DNA from: Oikopleura dioica
Taxonomy: Eukaryota > Animalia > Chordata
Assembly: GCA_907165135.1 (NCBI GenBank)
Contig: OU015568.1
Location: 3,038,001 to 3,102,000, forward strand
Reading direction: 5' to 3'
DNA length: 64,000 bases
Numbering within the stretch: position 1 is the first letter of the stretch; each line of letters opens with the position of its first letter. The notes below the pieces were generated by a model. It was not told where the DNA came from and did no database searches. It saw only the letters and a list, made by a program, of their open reading frames with translations. Made by a program: the position numbers and the translations under genes. Shown here one piece after another: positions 38,582 through 51,730 of the stretch.

Positions 38582-40528
38582 TCGATTATTAAAAATGAAA
38601 AAATGATTGAGCAGATGCTAAAAATAAGCATTTGTCGACTCAAGAATTCGAAAAGAAAAACGTAAGTAGTAACAAGTGTGAAAAATTGGATCGACGACCG
38701 GATAAGAAAATGTTAGTTTTAGTGATAAGTTGCGCTGCTACCAATTGAAGGTATTACGTGGGGGTTCTTTTTTGACCGACTTTAGCAACTTTCAATATTG
38801 AAAATTTTAGAACTTGAATGTTTTTCTGCAAGTTTTGCGTCACAGACAGAGAGCGATTATAAACTTTAGATTTTCCGCTTTATAAATCGTACTAAGCATC
38901 GCAAAGCAATTAACAGATAAGAGCGGATCAAAATGACGAAGTGCGTCTAAGAGAAAATGTTCAACAAGGATATGCGTTCTGACTGTTATTAAGCTTTTTA
39001 CAGTCAGAAAGATTTAATTATTTGAAGCTAAAAAGCTCTGACTTTATAATTGAGAAGGAAAATAACAGCTCATAATAGAATTCTAGAGCGAAAACGAAGC
39101 TGAGAAATTCGTCGGATCCCAGCATATGATTATCGCGGGAGAAAAATCGAGCAGGAATTGCATTTTGGTGGAACTCTAATGCAACTTGCTCGAGCCTAAC
39201 GAGCTTCTGAGCGTGGGTCCATTTAAACTGCTCACTAAGCATAATTACTCTGTTTGTTTCTCCTGTTCGACAGGCAAGAGGACAGTTTATTTCACAATTG
39301 TTTATAATTACTCACAAAGAAACGGCTGCAGTAACTAGCGAGACAGACAAAATTGAAAATTTCCCGTTTCATCATTTTTTTGGAGAGTTCGTTTCTTCGT
39401 TAGAAGCACTTCCGAGTCGGAACGAACCTGTTCCAAAAGAAAATGATCGAACTGAAAATGAAAAATTCCAAGCTGAAGGCTCCACTTATCGTTCATCAAA
39501 AAATTTTCTCGCAGAGGAGGAGTTTTTGATAGAACTCAACCTTATGCAAGACTGCAAAAAAGGGGCCCGAACCCTAACCCTAACCTATCAAAACTCAAGA
39601 AGCCTGACTCAACAACTGGTATTTCAAGAAAAAAAATGCAAAACTATTCATTTTTCTATCCGTTTATGGTCAATTTTTCCCACCCGAAGAGCCAGTCCAA
39701 AAGCTATCTGATGACCCGTAAATTTCTTCGGTGTTTTTTGGAACGCGCGATAGAAATCTACCTCGCGATCCGTTCTTATCCGCGTGAACCTTGGCGCATT
39801 GATTAATAAATTAGCCGCGCCCGCAAAGAAGGGCTTTCAAAGGAAAATGTTAAATATTTTTCAAGAAAACAACACGTTGGCAAACCAAAAAATTTTGAGA
39901 AAAATAATCTTTCGGGTTCAATATCAAAGCCATTTTTCAAAATAGCCGGATCTCTTGGTGGAAAACCTGTGTAGAAACCTGAGTCAGGGTTCTAAAAGAG
40001 CTCTTATCAATAAATTCGTAGCAGCTTGTCTAAGAAAGTACCTTTTTTAACTAGATTTTCTTAATTCTTGGGAAGCCGCTGCGCGGCTTCTTTATAAAAA
40101 AAAACCACAATAAGAATCCTTTATAAATAAATCCTTTCAAAAATGTAAAATCAATCCTTTTTCAAATTGTATGAGTCAGCCGATTTCGTAAGATACCTAT
40201 CTCACCCCTTCTTCTCCGCGCTGGAAAATCATGAGTACTCCGATTGTGCGCGGCGCGCGCTGTAGCGCCATCGCGCAAATTTTCCGCGACCAACGGCGCT
40301 ATGTGTTTTCATGGGGAAACTATATAAGCTTTTCTTGTGATAAGGCAAAATAGACCTTCTCGATCTTTTTCGTATTTCAGCGCTGATTCTTGAGTCAAAA
40401 TCGTCAAAAGCAAATTTTATTTTTTGAAAAAAGAGAAATATTCACAGCTTCCATCAAATTTGGGATCTTCATCACTGTAAGCCAAATCGTGTTAAAAAAA
40501 GAAGAGAAAAAAATTTTCAGGAAATAAA

Positions 40529-42414
40529 ATGGTGAAGTTTTTTGCGTTGGCGCTCACAGCACTTCAGCTCAACCTGAGAATGGCTCGAGGATCTGAGCTT
40601 GATATTGAAGAAGAATTTGCGATTGCTGGAATTCAGCTGCCTCCAACAAATGGTAAGTCCCTAGCCGTAAAATTTTTCGGCAATAATGAGAGTTCGATCT
40701 TGGGTAGGTCAAAGAAGGATGAAGTCTTCAGATCCCATTCAAACTCATTACATTCATTACTTTTGTCTTTGCCTACTCTAGTTCGATCATGATTTATTGG
40801 TTTTTGAACAAAATCAATATGTTTATTTTCCTTGTCTTTTTCGCCTTTGGTCGAAATCTAAAAGTATAACTCATAACAATTTGAATTCAACTTTATGGTT
40901 TCTTCAAAACTCAATTCAGGACTAGCCGGACGACGATTTCAACCATCTGCGGAGCTAATGAATAACACTGGCCCCGGGATTCAAGAAAAACTCTACGAAA
41001 TGAACACGCTTTACACAAAATACAAAACCAACAGGAACGCATTTACGACCCAAGATCATTCAAGTCTTTTGGGAGGTGTTCACTCTTTCTTAAAATTCAA
41101 GATTTTAGGGTCGATTCGTTATTTTTCGAAAGCGACCGCTGTAATTGCATGTTCTCAAATATTGCGTCAGCAAAGTTCGTCTAATCACTAATTGCTGAAA
41201 ATTTGACACTTTTTGTGTGAACACTGATTATTAGGCGATCAGAAAGCTATTGCAGCTGAAGATAGTCGTGATGGGGATTCTAGATCTGAGCACTGAAGCG
41301 GCCAAGGACTTCAACTTTGATCGATTCTGCTTCTACGGCTGCTACTGTCTGCCAGACAAGTCGGTTCATGATGACTCTCCCGGACTTGGAAAGCCGGTCG
41401 ATGTTATCGACAACTCTTGCAAAGTAAGTCGAATTAAAAATTTTAACAGTAAAAATAAGCGGGTATGAGAGCATTTCCTGCCCAACAGGCGTTTTGAATT
41501 TTTTTCAAGAGCCAGGAAATGCATCGACTTTTTTGACTGAAAAAAAACAGTTCCATCATATTCAGAAACGCCCGTTTTTTTAATCAGTGTGATGAAGTGA
41601 GCTGCTCATAACTCATAAGTTAGAGATAATATCACTTGATTGCGTAAAGTAAAGAGTTTTGATTACTTTTTTTCTAAAATGATGTTTTAAACTTTTTGAA
41701 AGGGTTTTTTGAGAGGGAATGGTCTATAGTTTACTTCAGAGATTTTATTACAGATTCATTCTGAAATCAATGAAAAATATATAAATTAGTTAAAAAATAT
41801 CAATCTTTATGGTTTTCTCCATTTCAAGCTCATTTTTATAATGAAAAACTGTCTCAAAATTTCTAAACGGTTTTTGGGCGCGGCCAAAATTACAATAATT
41901 TTCAGGAACTGAAGCAGTGTTACCAATGTGCCGGAAAGGACACGAAAGAGGACACTGGCGAGCATTGCGATCAGGAATCTAGCTACAGTATGCAACTCAT
42001 CAACGACGCCAATGGGCAAAAAGACGTTCTTTGCACGAATGAGGAGGGTTCTTGCAGATGGAGAATTTGCCAGTGCGACAGGAACTTCGCTCACAAGCTC
42101 AGAGATCAGGTTTGGCAACGAAAAAATTGGGTTGTGCTTTCATGATCGTTTTTCAGTTCTACAAGGGCTACTACAACGCGCAATACCGCTACAATCAGGC
42201 AACAGGCGACGGTTTTGACCGAAGCACCTGCCAGGCAATTCAAGTTCCCGGCGAGAAAAAACAATGTTGCGGAAGCTACACAGCGAATCTTGCGTACCAG
42301 CAACGGCAACCCATCTCCAGTAATACGCACCAATGCTGTGCCGATCAGAGGATCAAGCTTTGTTGCGAAAATACAAGTTTTTGGTTGGATTTTTGGGAGA
42401 AAACGATTTTCTAG
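40529..42414 (+). CDS. Secreted phospholipase A2-like protein, predicted catalytically inactive
   Basis: Signal peptide MVKFFALALTA; FYGCYCLP...GKPVDVIDNSCK|ELKQCYQC (His-Asp replaced by Leu-Lys); CQCDRNFA; C-terminal CCG...CC module. Confidence 0.85.
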
Positions 42415-44224
42415 TGAAAAACTCGTGTCCCTCGAACTTACTACTTTTTCGCCCGTTAGTTTACATTTTACCGCAAGTTAGTATCATTAAGTTTATTCGG
42501 AAAAGAAAATGACTTGGCGCCGCGTCATTGAAGTTAGAACGCAGCTCGAGAAGCGCAATTATATGACTCGCCGGTCAACATTAATTTTAATTAAAAATGA
42601 CAAAGCGGGCTCGAAAGGATACCGTATGCGACTTTAATGATTATCGGGTGGGGCCGATGGAACGTCATTTCTTCTTGATCTCGGTCACATTACACGTCTC
42701 ATTTTGTTGACAAATGATTTTGTCGAGGTGGTTGATTTTAGGTTATTAGGTGATGACGGTAATGATAGAGACATCTCGCAGTCAGATCAATTTCATTATC
42801 AGGTTCATTATAGTGACATATTACTGTATTCTCTGTCATTTAAATTGAATAACTGATGATGAAAGACATGGCTGCATGTGAGAAATATTTTGTGACCGAG
42901 ATACAGTGTCTTTATTGTAGAAAAAAATTATTCTAAAAGAAAACTTGCCTTGAATTTCTTATTTGACGAAAAAATAAGTTATTTAATCATTAAAAATTGC
43001 TACTAGTAGAACCGGAATAAACTGTATTTCGAATCGAAAATGGTCTAACCAAGCACTTGGCTCGATAAATGATTAGGGTTAAAGTCACGTTTTTCATCCT
43101 GAGTACCTTGAGTGTCTTCAATTTTTAAGCATCTTGAACCCCGTTGGCATTAGACAATATGTTTTTCTTCCGTAGAAACAATGATCGACTTTAAATTCTA
43201 GGTGAATCTGACTGTTTTAATCTTTAATCAAAAACCGAGAAAAACTTCTAAAATGATTTTTTTTATTCAAAATTCTATTAAAAAAAGATCATTTTTTTCA
43301 ACAAACAAAAAGCCTTACGGAGAAACATGCTAAAACTCCGATTTCCAAGTTGATAAATCTTGGATTTGAAATGGAAAAAACTAAAAGGTGAATTTTAAAG
43401 TAACTCTTTTTTTGTAAATAGCAACAACAACACAAACGATCGACGAAATACGCGACATTTTCCGACAATTTGAAGCTGCGCCAGCGGACTCAACACAACT
43501 TTTTGTACAAAGAAAAACACACACGAAGATATTTGTATTATATAAAAATATTCTTTTCTGAAGACTTTTAATAAAGAAATCTTCCTTCTTCAAGTTTACT
43601 TTGCGAAAAAACGCAAAGGTCGATTTCGAAAATCGACGGGAAACCAAAAACCAACGAGTCTGGAGATCATCCAGTGGCTTGAATTGATGAATCCGAGAGC
43701 TCAAACGTCTTTTTGAATGCATAATTGATGCCGGATTAGTTGAGAATAAGCGGATAAAATGCGAGGGAAAGGAGGAACCTGCAGTTATTCTTCTAGACGC
43801 CAAAAACTAATCTCGAAAGAAATGTATTTTGACTTTTCTTTCTTTCTTTTTTCAATGCTTCTGGCTCTGAATCGTAAGTAGAGATGAAAGTCAGAGAGGA
43901 AGGAGACTTTATTCTTCGTTTTAGTGGTTGAATCAAGACACCTGCGTCCAGAGCATCAAATTCCTAAACGAACTGGTTCCACCTTATCAGCTTCCGGGTT
44001 TATGAAAATTTTGTTATTATAGCAACATTGTTCCTAACCGCGATTTCTCACAAAAACCTCGAAAAACCCACAGTGCCAAAATCAACCCTTTTCAAAGACA
44101 TCCCCGCAGATCTCCTCCAAAACGAACAGCGATTTTTCTTCGATTACTTCAAATAATTTCACAAACAAAACAAAAACTCTTCTTTCTTCAATAAAGCTGA
44201 CACTATCCTACTAATCGTTTTCTC

Positions 44225-44633
44225 AATGATGATTCCAGCAAATCCGAACTTTATCTCATCGTGTCTCGTATTTATCATAAAATTGTAAAGTACCGGGAGG
44301 CCTTATCAGTTATCACTAAGTTTTTGGGCTCAATCCAGCAATTGCAGATTGGCAAAATATTTCGCGGAGGAAACTCATTATCACTTTCTGAGATTAGTAT
44401 CGGAGTTCCCCGAAGGCGCCAGGGTCATTCTTATCGAAAAATATTCAAAATGGAAAAGACTCGGGAGCATATGGAAGTCGTTGTTGATATCACTTACAAA
44501 TAGAAGTTGCATTGGAGCATATATCAAGTCTCACATGACCTGGTTACAGTGCAAGAGACGGAGGGGAAATAAGGGTGTTAGGATCTTTTATTCATATAAG
44601 ACAGCTAACACGATAAATATTAATATCACATGA
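44225..44633 (+). CDS. Possible small helical protein with weak death-domain-like pattern
   Basis: LAKYFAEETHYHFLRLVSEFPEGARVILIEKYSKWKRLGSIWKSLLISL resembles the death-fold helix 5-6 pattern (L..W....G..w..L..aL). Judged by eye only. Confidence 0.3.
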
Positions 44634-45009
44634 TATTGACTACTTGTTTTTGAATTTATTTTTGATCCAAGTAAGAAAACAGTATTAATATTGAATCACC
44701 AGGGGCAAGAAAATCAAGAAGCGAGGTCAAATAAACCCCTAAAGATCGGTATTATTTAACATAAGCAACTATCTTTCAAGAAGAAATCTGCTATAAAGTT
44801 TCCATTTATGATTTTTGATCAAATAATCAATCAATATTTAGACTAAAAATTGTGATTTTTGTTGAGTGTCCGCAGGAAGGGCCCAATTTGGCTAAAATAT
44901 TTGTCTGTCAAATATTAAATGTAGCAAATTCAAGTCAGAAGGGTAAATACACAAGCCCATTTTAATCCAGAGAAGCATTTCTGAAACGACAGAGCATACA
45001 GTCTTGAAA

Positions 45010-45971
45010 ATGAGTGATCAAGCGCCTCCTCAAGCGGGAGCTCCCTTGTTAGGGGAAAACGGCTGGGCACCAGCGCCGGAAATGGAGCGGCCAAGTAATT
45101 GTCCACCAGGATTGGAGTACTTGCTCTACGTCGATCAGCTTTTAGTGAAACAGCAAGTCGAGCTTCTCGAAGCATTCACGGGTTTTGAAACTTCAAACAA
45201 ATACAAGGTTCTTTATTATTTCAATCAGTATTTGAGTAGAAAGATAAGGTTCTGAACAGCATGGGACAACAAGTATATTTTGCTGGAGAAAAGAGCGGCT
45301 GCTGTGGACGACAATGCTGTGGCTCTATTCGAGATTTTGAAATGGTGATTGCTGACAACGCTGGTAAAGAAGTTGCGAGGTTTATAAGACCCTTCAACTG
45401 TACCATCAGATGTTGCTTGAGCTACATTCCCTGTCAGCTTCAAGAAATGGGTAAGTGGACTGAAAATGTATTAATTTTGATTTATATTTTTGAGAAATTA
45501 ATGCGGGAGGCCAAACTGTTGGAAAGATAAAGCAACGCGCTGATTGCACTGATCCTGTTTTTGCGATTTGCGATGCATCTGGAGAAGAAGTTCTGAAAGT
45601 CAAGGGCCCTGCTTGTGTCATTTCCTGCTGTGGGGACATTGATTTTGAGGTACATCAAAGTCGGACTTGTCTTTTTATGCGTTGATTTCTAGGTACTGAC
45701 AAAAGACGGTCAGAAAATTGGAAAAGTTTCGAAACAGTGGAGTGGCCTAGTCAAGGAAGGATTAACTGATGCGGACAACTTTGGCGTTAGTTTTCCGATG
45801 GACTTGGATGTCAGAGTGAAGCTCTCACTGATGGCAGTGGTCTTCTTAATCGTGAGTATTTTTCACCGTCAGTTTTTGTAAAAAATTCTTCCTTAGGATT
45901 TCATGTTCTTTGAAAACAACGAGCCGAACGAAGATGGCTGCTGCTCGATTGAAGACTGCCTGTTTGACTGA
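45010..45971 (+). CDS. PLSCR: Phospholipid scramblase
   Basis: [98 protein letters not shown]. Confidence 0.95.
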
Positions 45972-46166
45972 TTTATTAATACAAAAATCGTTTGAGACAA
46001 TTTATAAATAAAAGGACGGAAAATAGGCATTTTTTCCTTCGGGGTTTTTCTTCAGTGTCATTTCTTCTTCCACCACGGCGCCATTTTGGAGGACTTTCCC
46101 ATAGCGCGCTCTGGCCCGCATCCTCCGAAAAGAAATATTTTTTTCCAAAATCGAGAAATGAGCTGA

Positions 46167-48096
46167 ATGATCCCTTTTCTTCTTTTTTGCCTCTTTGGTG
46201 TGTGTCTTCCGTATATCGACCGATGGCTGATAAACAATGACGTTTCAAAAGTATGTTTTTAGAGAATCATTTTCATGAGAAATTTATTGCTAGAAATATT
46301 CGGATTTGCGCGTTTCCGGGCAGCTAGAGATTTCTCACTTCTTCTTTAAATTCACGACAGAGAGATTCAATCGAAGATTAGCTTCTCTTGGACACCGATT
46401 TTCGAACTTTTCCAGCCTTTTCTACAGAATTGGAACATGTTTCGTTCTACTGTTGTCTCTTGCTGCTATACCGTTTCTTTGGTTTCAGGAAAAGGTTTAA
46501 AACGTTCGAAAAAGCTGCTAATTTTGACAATGGCGGACGAAAAAACTGACAATGTCAGCAATGTTGCTAAAATGTCATGGAATTCATCGTTTTTTTTTAC
46601 GAAGGACAAGTTTTAAGCCAATTTCGCGGCCTTCAACCTTCAAAAAGATCTTCAAAACGCTCTCTTCTTCCTCTACTTCTACCCCTGATACAGAACTTAT
46701 CGTCCCAGGCGTGAATCGTCCCCTCTCTCACATCATCCACGTCCTCTTCGCCATCATAATCTCCGTCGTCCTTCACGAAATCGGCCACGCTTTAGCTTGT
46801 ATCGCAGAAGGCGGCTCAATCAATCATGTTGGAGTTCTTTCTTTCGCAGTTCTCCCAGGCGCCTTCGTCAGCATGGATTTGGAGCGAGTTCCGAACTGGG
46901 GACGAGTCAGAATCTTCTGCGCTGGGATTTGGCACAATCTTCTCATCTGCGCTTTTTGCCTTTTGCTGAGGCATGAAGAAATGAATTTGACGAACGTTCT
47001 TTTTGAAAAAGATCAAGGATTGTCCGTGACCTACATTGACAGTAGCTCTTCAATTTCAGGTATGAACCGTATGGTTGTCAATTCTAGTAATTTTCAAAAA
47101 AATATCAAAATTTAGGCTCTTATGGGCTGAAACGCGGAGATATAATTATCGCTGCAAATGAATACTCCTTCTCCGACCTTTCTTTCGCCGAGACAATGGT
47201 CAAAATCCGCAATTCCACCCAAACAGGGTTCTGCGAAAACGTCGAGAAGCTCGAATCGCCTTCTTCGCAAGATTGCTGTCACGAAGATAGTTTGACTGAT
47301 TTGTGCTTCCGCGGAGAGGGTTTTCAAGTCTGCTTGCATGCCAGAAGCGTGTTTGAGTCGTCACAGTCGTTTTGCCATTCTGATGAAGATTGTGGGAGTG
47401 GATTTTCATGCCTTGTTCCAAAGTAGGTTTAAAATTGAGGGCTTAGATGATCATCTGGGCTCGGAAACATCTGGCATTGCCGTAACCGGCTTTCTCGCTA
47501 CCTTTTTACTCATTAATTCTTCAGAGTCAACGAAGAACTCCACGAGCGACTGATCGTCATCGAACGAAACACCCACCAACACACCGTTCTGTTCGTTGGA
47601 GACCCTTTTGAACTCGTCAAATCTGTTTCAATTTCCTCCCTCGTGCCCAAATACTTCATCTCCGCTGCCTTCGCCGAGTTCCAAATCAAGCTGCTAGAAT
47701 ACATCTTCAATATTTCACTCGCGCTCGCCTTCTTCAATTCACTTCCTTCCATCGCTTTAGGTAAAAAAGCTGGTGTGCCTAAAGGCCTGTTTTCTTGTGC
47801 CAATTCTATAATTGATATCGACGACAAGAAATAAAAACGAAAATTGCCACGTATTTCAAGCCACCTAAGACGCGCTCTTTTCTGGTTAGATGCGTGGTAA
47901 TTGTTTTTTCAAAAGGAAACAAGATTTATATTCAGACGGAAACCTGATTGTTTCGTCCTTGGTGGATATTTTTCTTCCGCTTGAAATACAGAAAGATAAA
48001 AACCTTCTTCTTCGAATCGTCATTGTCACGATTGGAACATTTTCACTCGGAATGTACTTGCTTCTTCAGTTCATATCTTTTGCCATTCATCTTTGA
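46167..48096 (+). CDS. MBTPS2: Site-2 protease (M50 intramembrane metalloprotease)
   Basis: Starts MIPFLLF; HEIGH zinc motif; PGAFV; RIFCAGIWHN; Cys-rich insert; FFNSLPSIAL|DG (NxxPxxxxDG) across a GT-AG intron. Confidence 0.93.
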
Positions 48097-49131
48097 TTAC
48101 TTATTAAATAAACTATGCCCAGTACTACCCGATCTATACAGTCAATTTATTCGTTGAATATTCCCGTCAAAGTTGATGCATCTTGGAATCTTTGGCAGGA
48201 AACGTAAAACAAAACAACTCATTAACTTCGAACTCAAAACCTAAAAAACTTTGGCGCCTGTCAAAAATGCAGCACCGTGCGCCCTCCACCACCGAACAAT
48301 TTACGCGGCCGAAGATTGACTCTTCGAGAATTCGTAACAGATATTTTCCTAAAGAAGAAAAAAGACGGGCGAGAGCGCAAAAGTTTAGAGAAAAGTTCAA
48401 GTTTAAGGTAGGTATCAGAAAACTCGCCCAAAATGGCTGTTTAACAGAAAATTCTGCCTAATTGAATCAATTTTAAACATCAATCGGGTTAATTTTACTC
48501 GATTTTATCGCTTTCACAGTTCAATCAAACCTTCAGTTTAAATTGATAAGCAATAACCACCACTTTTTCCGTTGAATTTCACCCTGAATTTCCCCTGAAC
48601 CTTATTAGTTTAACCGGTGGGCTGAGAAACAGAGCGATAGGGAGAGAGCTGTCGTGATACACCGCAGGTGGCAGCAAAATGAATCTAATCATATCATTCA
48701 GTCCGACTGATAGCGCCCCGGGCTCTTACCAGGCGACGGAAGCTCCCTTCAAAGGCGACAAAGGACGGCTTAAAAGACATGCTTAATTTTAGCTTTTTGC
48801 GCTTCCGTATTGCCTCTGGAACTCCTCTTACTCAGGAAAGTGTCAGAGAAATCATATTCAATCGTCTCAAAGAACATTACTTGTAGAAGATGTCGCCATT
48901 TTGAGGGATATTGTATAAAAATCTGTCAGTTGAATAAGCAAAGATGTTCGTGAGTTGGAATCATGTTATCCTAAATTAGATAAAATGACAAAAATTCATG
49001 AACGGAAGATCACGCCGGATAAGCAATCTATCAAAGCAACAGAAAAAGATTTTTGAAAGAAAGTAAATGAATTAAAATTGAACGTAAGAGTTTCTACCGT
49101 AAGAACACTAGCCCACTATAAGAGTACAAGA

Positions 49132-50712
49132 ATGTGCCCAAAAAGGAAATCTTTTGACATTTGTGAAGCTTGTCTCCTGCTTATTGCTTCTTTTTGTCAG
49201 CCTGTCTACGTACCGATTTGCTAGTTGTGGGATCTTCCTCACCATTCCAGATGAATTTTCGACTCTCCAGAAAACCCCTCTTCCACGTTGGAAAAATTTG
49301 AAAGACTACAATTTCACCGGCAGTCCTGAAAACGTCGTCCTAATCAAGAAACACAAGGAAAATCGGGTTGAAAACTGTCACACCCAATTTCATGTCGAAT
49401 TTTTAACTGCACATTCGACTGTATAACATGCTGCGTGAAATTTCAAATATGCAGATTTTTGTCGGCATTTTTCAATTTCATAAAATTAACCCTTTCAAGA
49501 GTGCTTCCAGCTCGCTTATTCAAGTCATTCGAAATTATCTTCACTGGCGAGGAGTGATAAATGAACGGCCTCTGTTCAGCAGCTTAGGAGGTTGTTACCC
49601 TGCGAAGTGGGATCCTAGGTGTCGAAAAGTACCACATCCGGATGGGATTACCTCGTTTTTCTATCATCACAGGATTGTTTTAATGTTAATCTTATGTACC
49701 GATAAACCTTATGAGATTCGCATATCTAACTTTATTTCATATTCACACTTTTGAAAACATGAAAAAAGATTCAATCCTCAAGTCCAACGCAACCTCGCCG
49801 CCCCTGGAACTGTTTTCATTTCTTCAATCCGCGAACCCTACAGCCTCTTTCTCTCTACATTCAACTTTTTCTACTACCGAAACGAGACCAATCGCTGCAA
49901 TACAGAGTGTCTTGGTGAGCCCTTCAAGACCTTTTTCGACGGAGAAACGGGTCGACTGCCGGACGAACTATTCGATATTCTGGAAGAGAAGTTCTCGGAC
50001 GATATTCCCTGGAGTTTCCGTTGTAAAAACTATCAATCTTTCGAGCTTGGCTTCGAAAATGGCGACGATCCGGACGAATTTGTCGCGCAGACAGCAAGTC
50101 ACATCGATTTTATGATTGTAACTGAGTACATCAACGAAAGCCTTGTTCTCCTCGCCGATTTTTTAAATATGCCGCTAGAACTAGCCTTTTTCATCACGAA
50201 GAAAAACGCAACCGACTACCCAAAACCAACCCTCTCACCGAAGCAGCAAAGAGTCTTCGAGAAATTCTTCAGTGTTGACAGAAAGCTTTACGATTTCTAT
50301 CACGCTGAGATTTTGAGAAAAATAGAAGAGTTTGGGAAAGAAAGAATGGAGCTGGCGCTGCGCCAGTTGAAAGAAATTCAGAAAAGGTGCGAAATTGACC
50401 ATACAAAGTGCCTCCAAGGGACGAGTCATCACAGGGAGAAGCTACAGGAGGCGAGGAAGGAATTTGGAGGGACTGCTCTTCCAGGACAGGGGTCGAATAA
50501 AGATCTGGATTAAGACAGTTGATATCTCCGCTTTGCTCTTATGATTAATTTTACGGTAGAAAGACCCTTAAAAAGCTAGAGAACTCGTCCGGATAATGGA
50601 AGAAAACGGCGGATATTGCGCGACTGGAGCTCAGCAAGCCATTCGCGAAGGAAAACCTATGCCGAGCTGTCTCTCAAATCAAAATTTTTCTTTTGAAGAT
50701 GAAGAAGATTAA
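49132..50712 (+). CDS. GAL3ST: Galactose-3-O-sulfotransferase-like; start uncertain
   Basis: N-terminal TM, 5'-PSB LIKKHK|SASSSL across a GA-AG intron, REPYSLFLSTFNFF, DFMIVTEYINESLVLLADFL, DRKLYDFYHAEILRKIEEFG. Confidence 0.88.
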
Positions 50713-50992
50713 CTTATTTGAATACTAAAAAATAAGAATACATCTGTACATAAGAATACATTCAAAGATTCCTCAATCACTTCCATTTTTGACAAAGTTA
50801 CAGTAATGATCATTGAAAACTTGAAGTTTTACGCAATTGAAAGGATGCCGGTTTAGTTATTCAAACACGCCTTCGAAATTAGCGCAACAGAAATGGAAAG
50901 AATGAGAGGTCCTTACAATATCAGCGGGGGCTTGTTGAAACTTTTCTCTTGAATTTTTTTTTCGCAGGCGAGCTTAGAGAAGGGGATACAAA

Positions 50993-51488
50993 ATGAGGTC
51001 GTTCAGAGATTCTGTCAGGTCTTCTGGAGAGTTGATAGCTAGAACTTACGGTATAGAGCGCATAAAGCGGTCTTCCGGTTCTCAATTCATATCAATCTTT
51101 AGAGAACGCGAAATCAAGCCTCTGTTCTTCTGGAAAAGCCGCTTCTGTCGATGATGCAGCTATTGGTAAGCGCTGAAACTTCCATTATTACATTCAACTC
51201 GGCTTTTTAGTATTTGCCGATAATGACCGATCCTCCGAAATGCTAGAAAAAAGGGTTGAACGGCTTGAAACCCTTATTCGAAATCGCCCAAAAGCAACAC
51301 CTAAGCCAAAACGACCGACAAAGCGGGCTCTTTTGGAAGAAATAAAGACTGGAATCGAAGAATTGACTAAAGAAATAAAAGAATCGAAGGCACCAGCGGC
51401 TCAAAAAAGCGCCCAAAACCCAACTGGTCGAGGAACAACACCAAGAAGAACTCGTGGACCACCAAGGATAGGTTCGAACTCAATTTAA
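50993..51488 (+). CDS. Hypothetical small basic / coiled-coil protein
   Basis: ATG at 50993, an open exon, a GT-AG intron near 51166, then ORF 51240-51488 (LEKRVERLETLIR...LLEEIKTGIEELTKEIKE). Confidence 0.4.
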
Positions 51489-51730
51489 ATCGATATCGAT
51501 AAAACCCTTTTTGAATCATAAAAAAGCCGCGGCAGACCACCATCAAGCACGTCAAAATACTGAAAACTGATTTAGCCTGCTTGAAGTTGTAGAATAGAAT
51601 GTTACTCACAATGTATTCTGTCATTTTTTCACATGAACTTTGTCAGGAAAGAAAGAGAGGGTGGAAAACTGGAAAAGAATCGAAGGCAATAGATAAATTT
51701 TGTACAATTTTGGAAACAAGTTGAGATTTT

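Noticed and set aside
39298-39711. 137-aa ORF containing CCCTAACCCTAACC
   Set aside because: It has a non-ATG start and no domain, and two telomere-like hexamers are too few to call an interstitial telomeric repeat.
45972-46166. PLSCR-MBTPS2 operon
   Set aside because: The 195-nt spacer has a poly(A)-like signal and a GC-rich YY1-like GCGCCATTTTG motif, so an independent promoter is at least as likely.
48183-48461. Small basic ORF after MBTPS2
   Set aside because: TTG start with no clear splice partner or homology; left uncalled.
1-50712. Functional cluster of sulfation genes (arylsulfatase, HS2ST-like, GAL3ST-like) or of scramblases (Xkr, PLSCR)
   Set aside because: They are 8-40 kb apart, on different strands and interleaved with unrelated housekeeping genes, so chance co-occurrence of expanded families is more likely.
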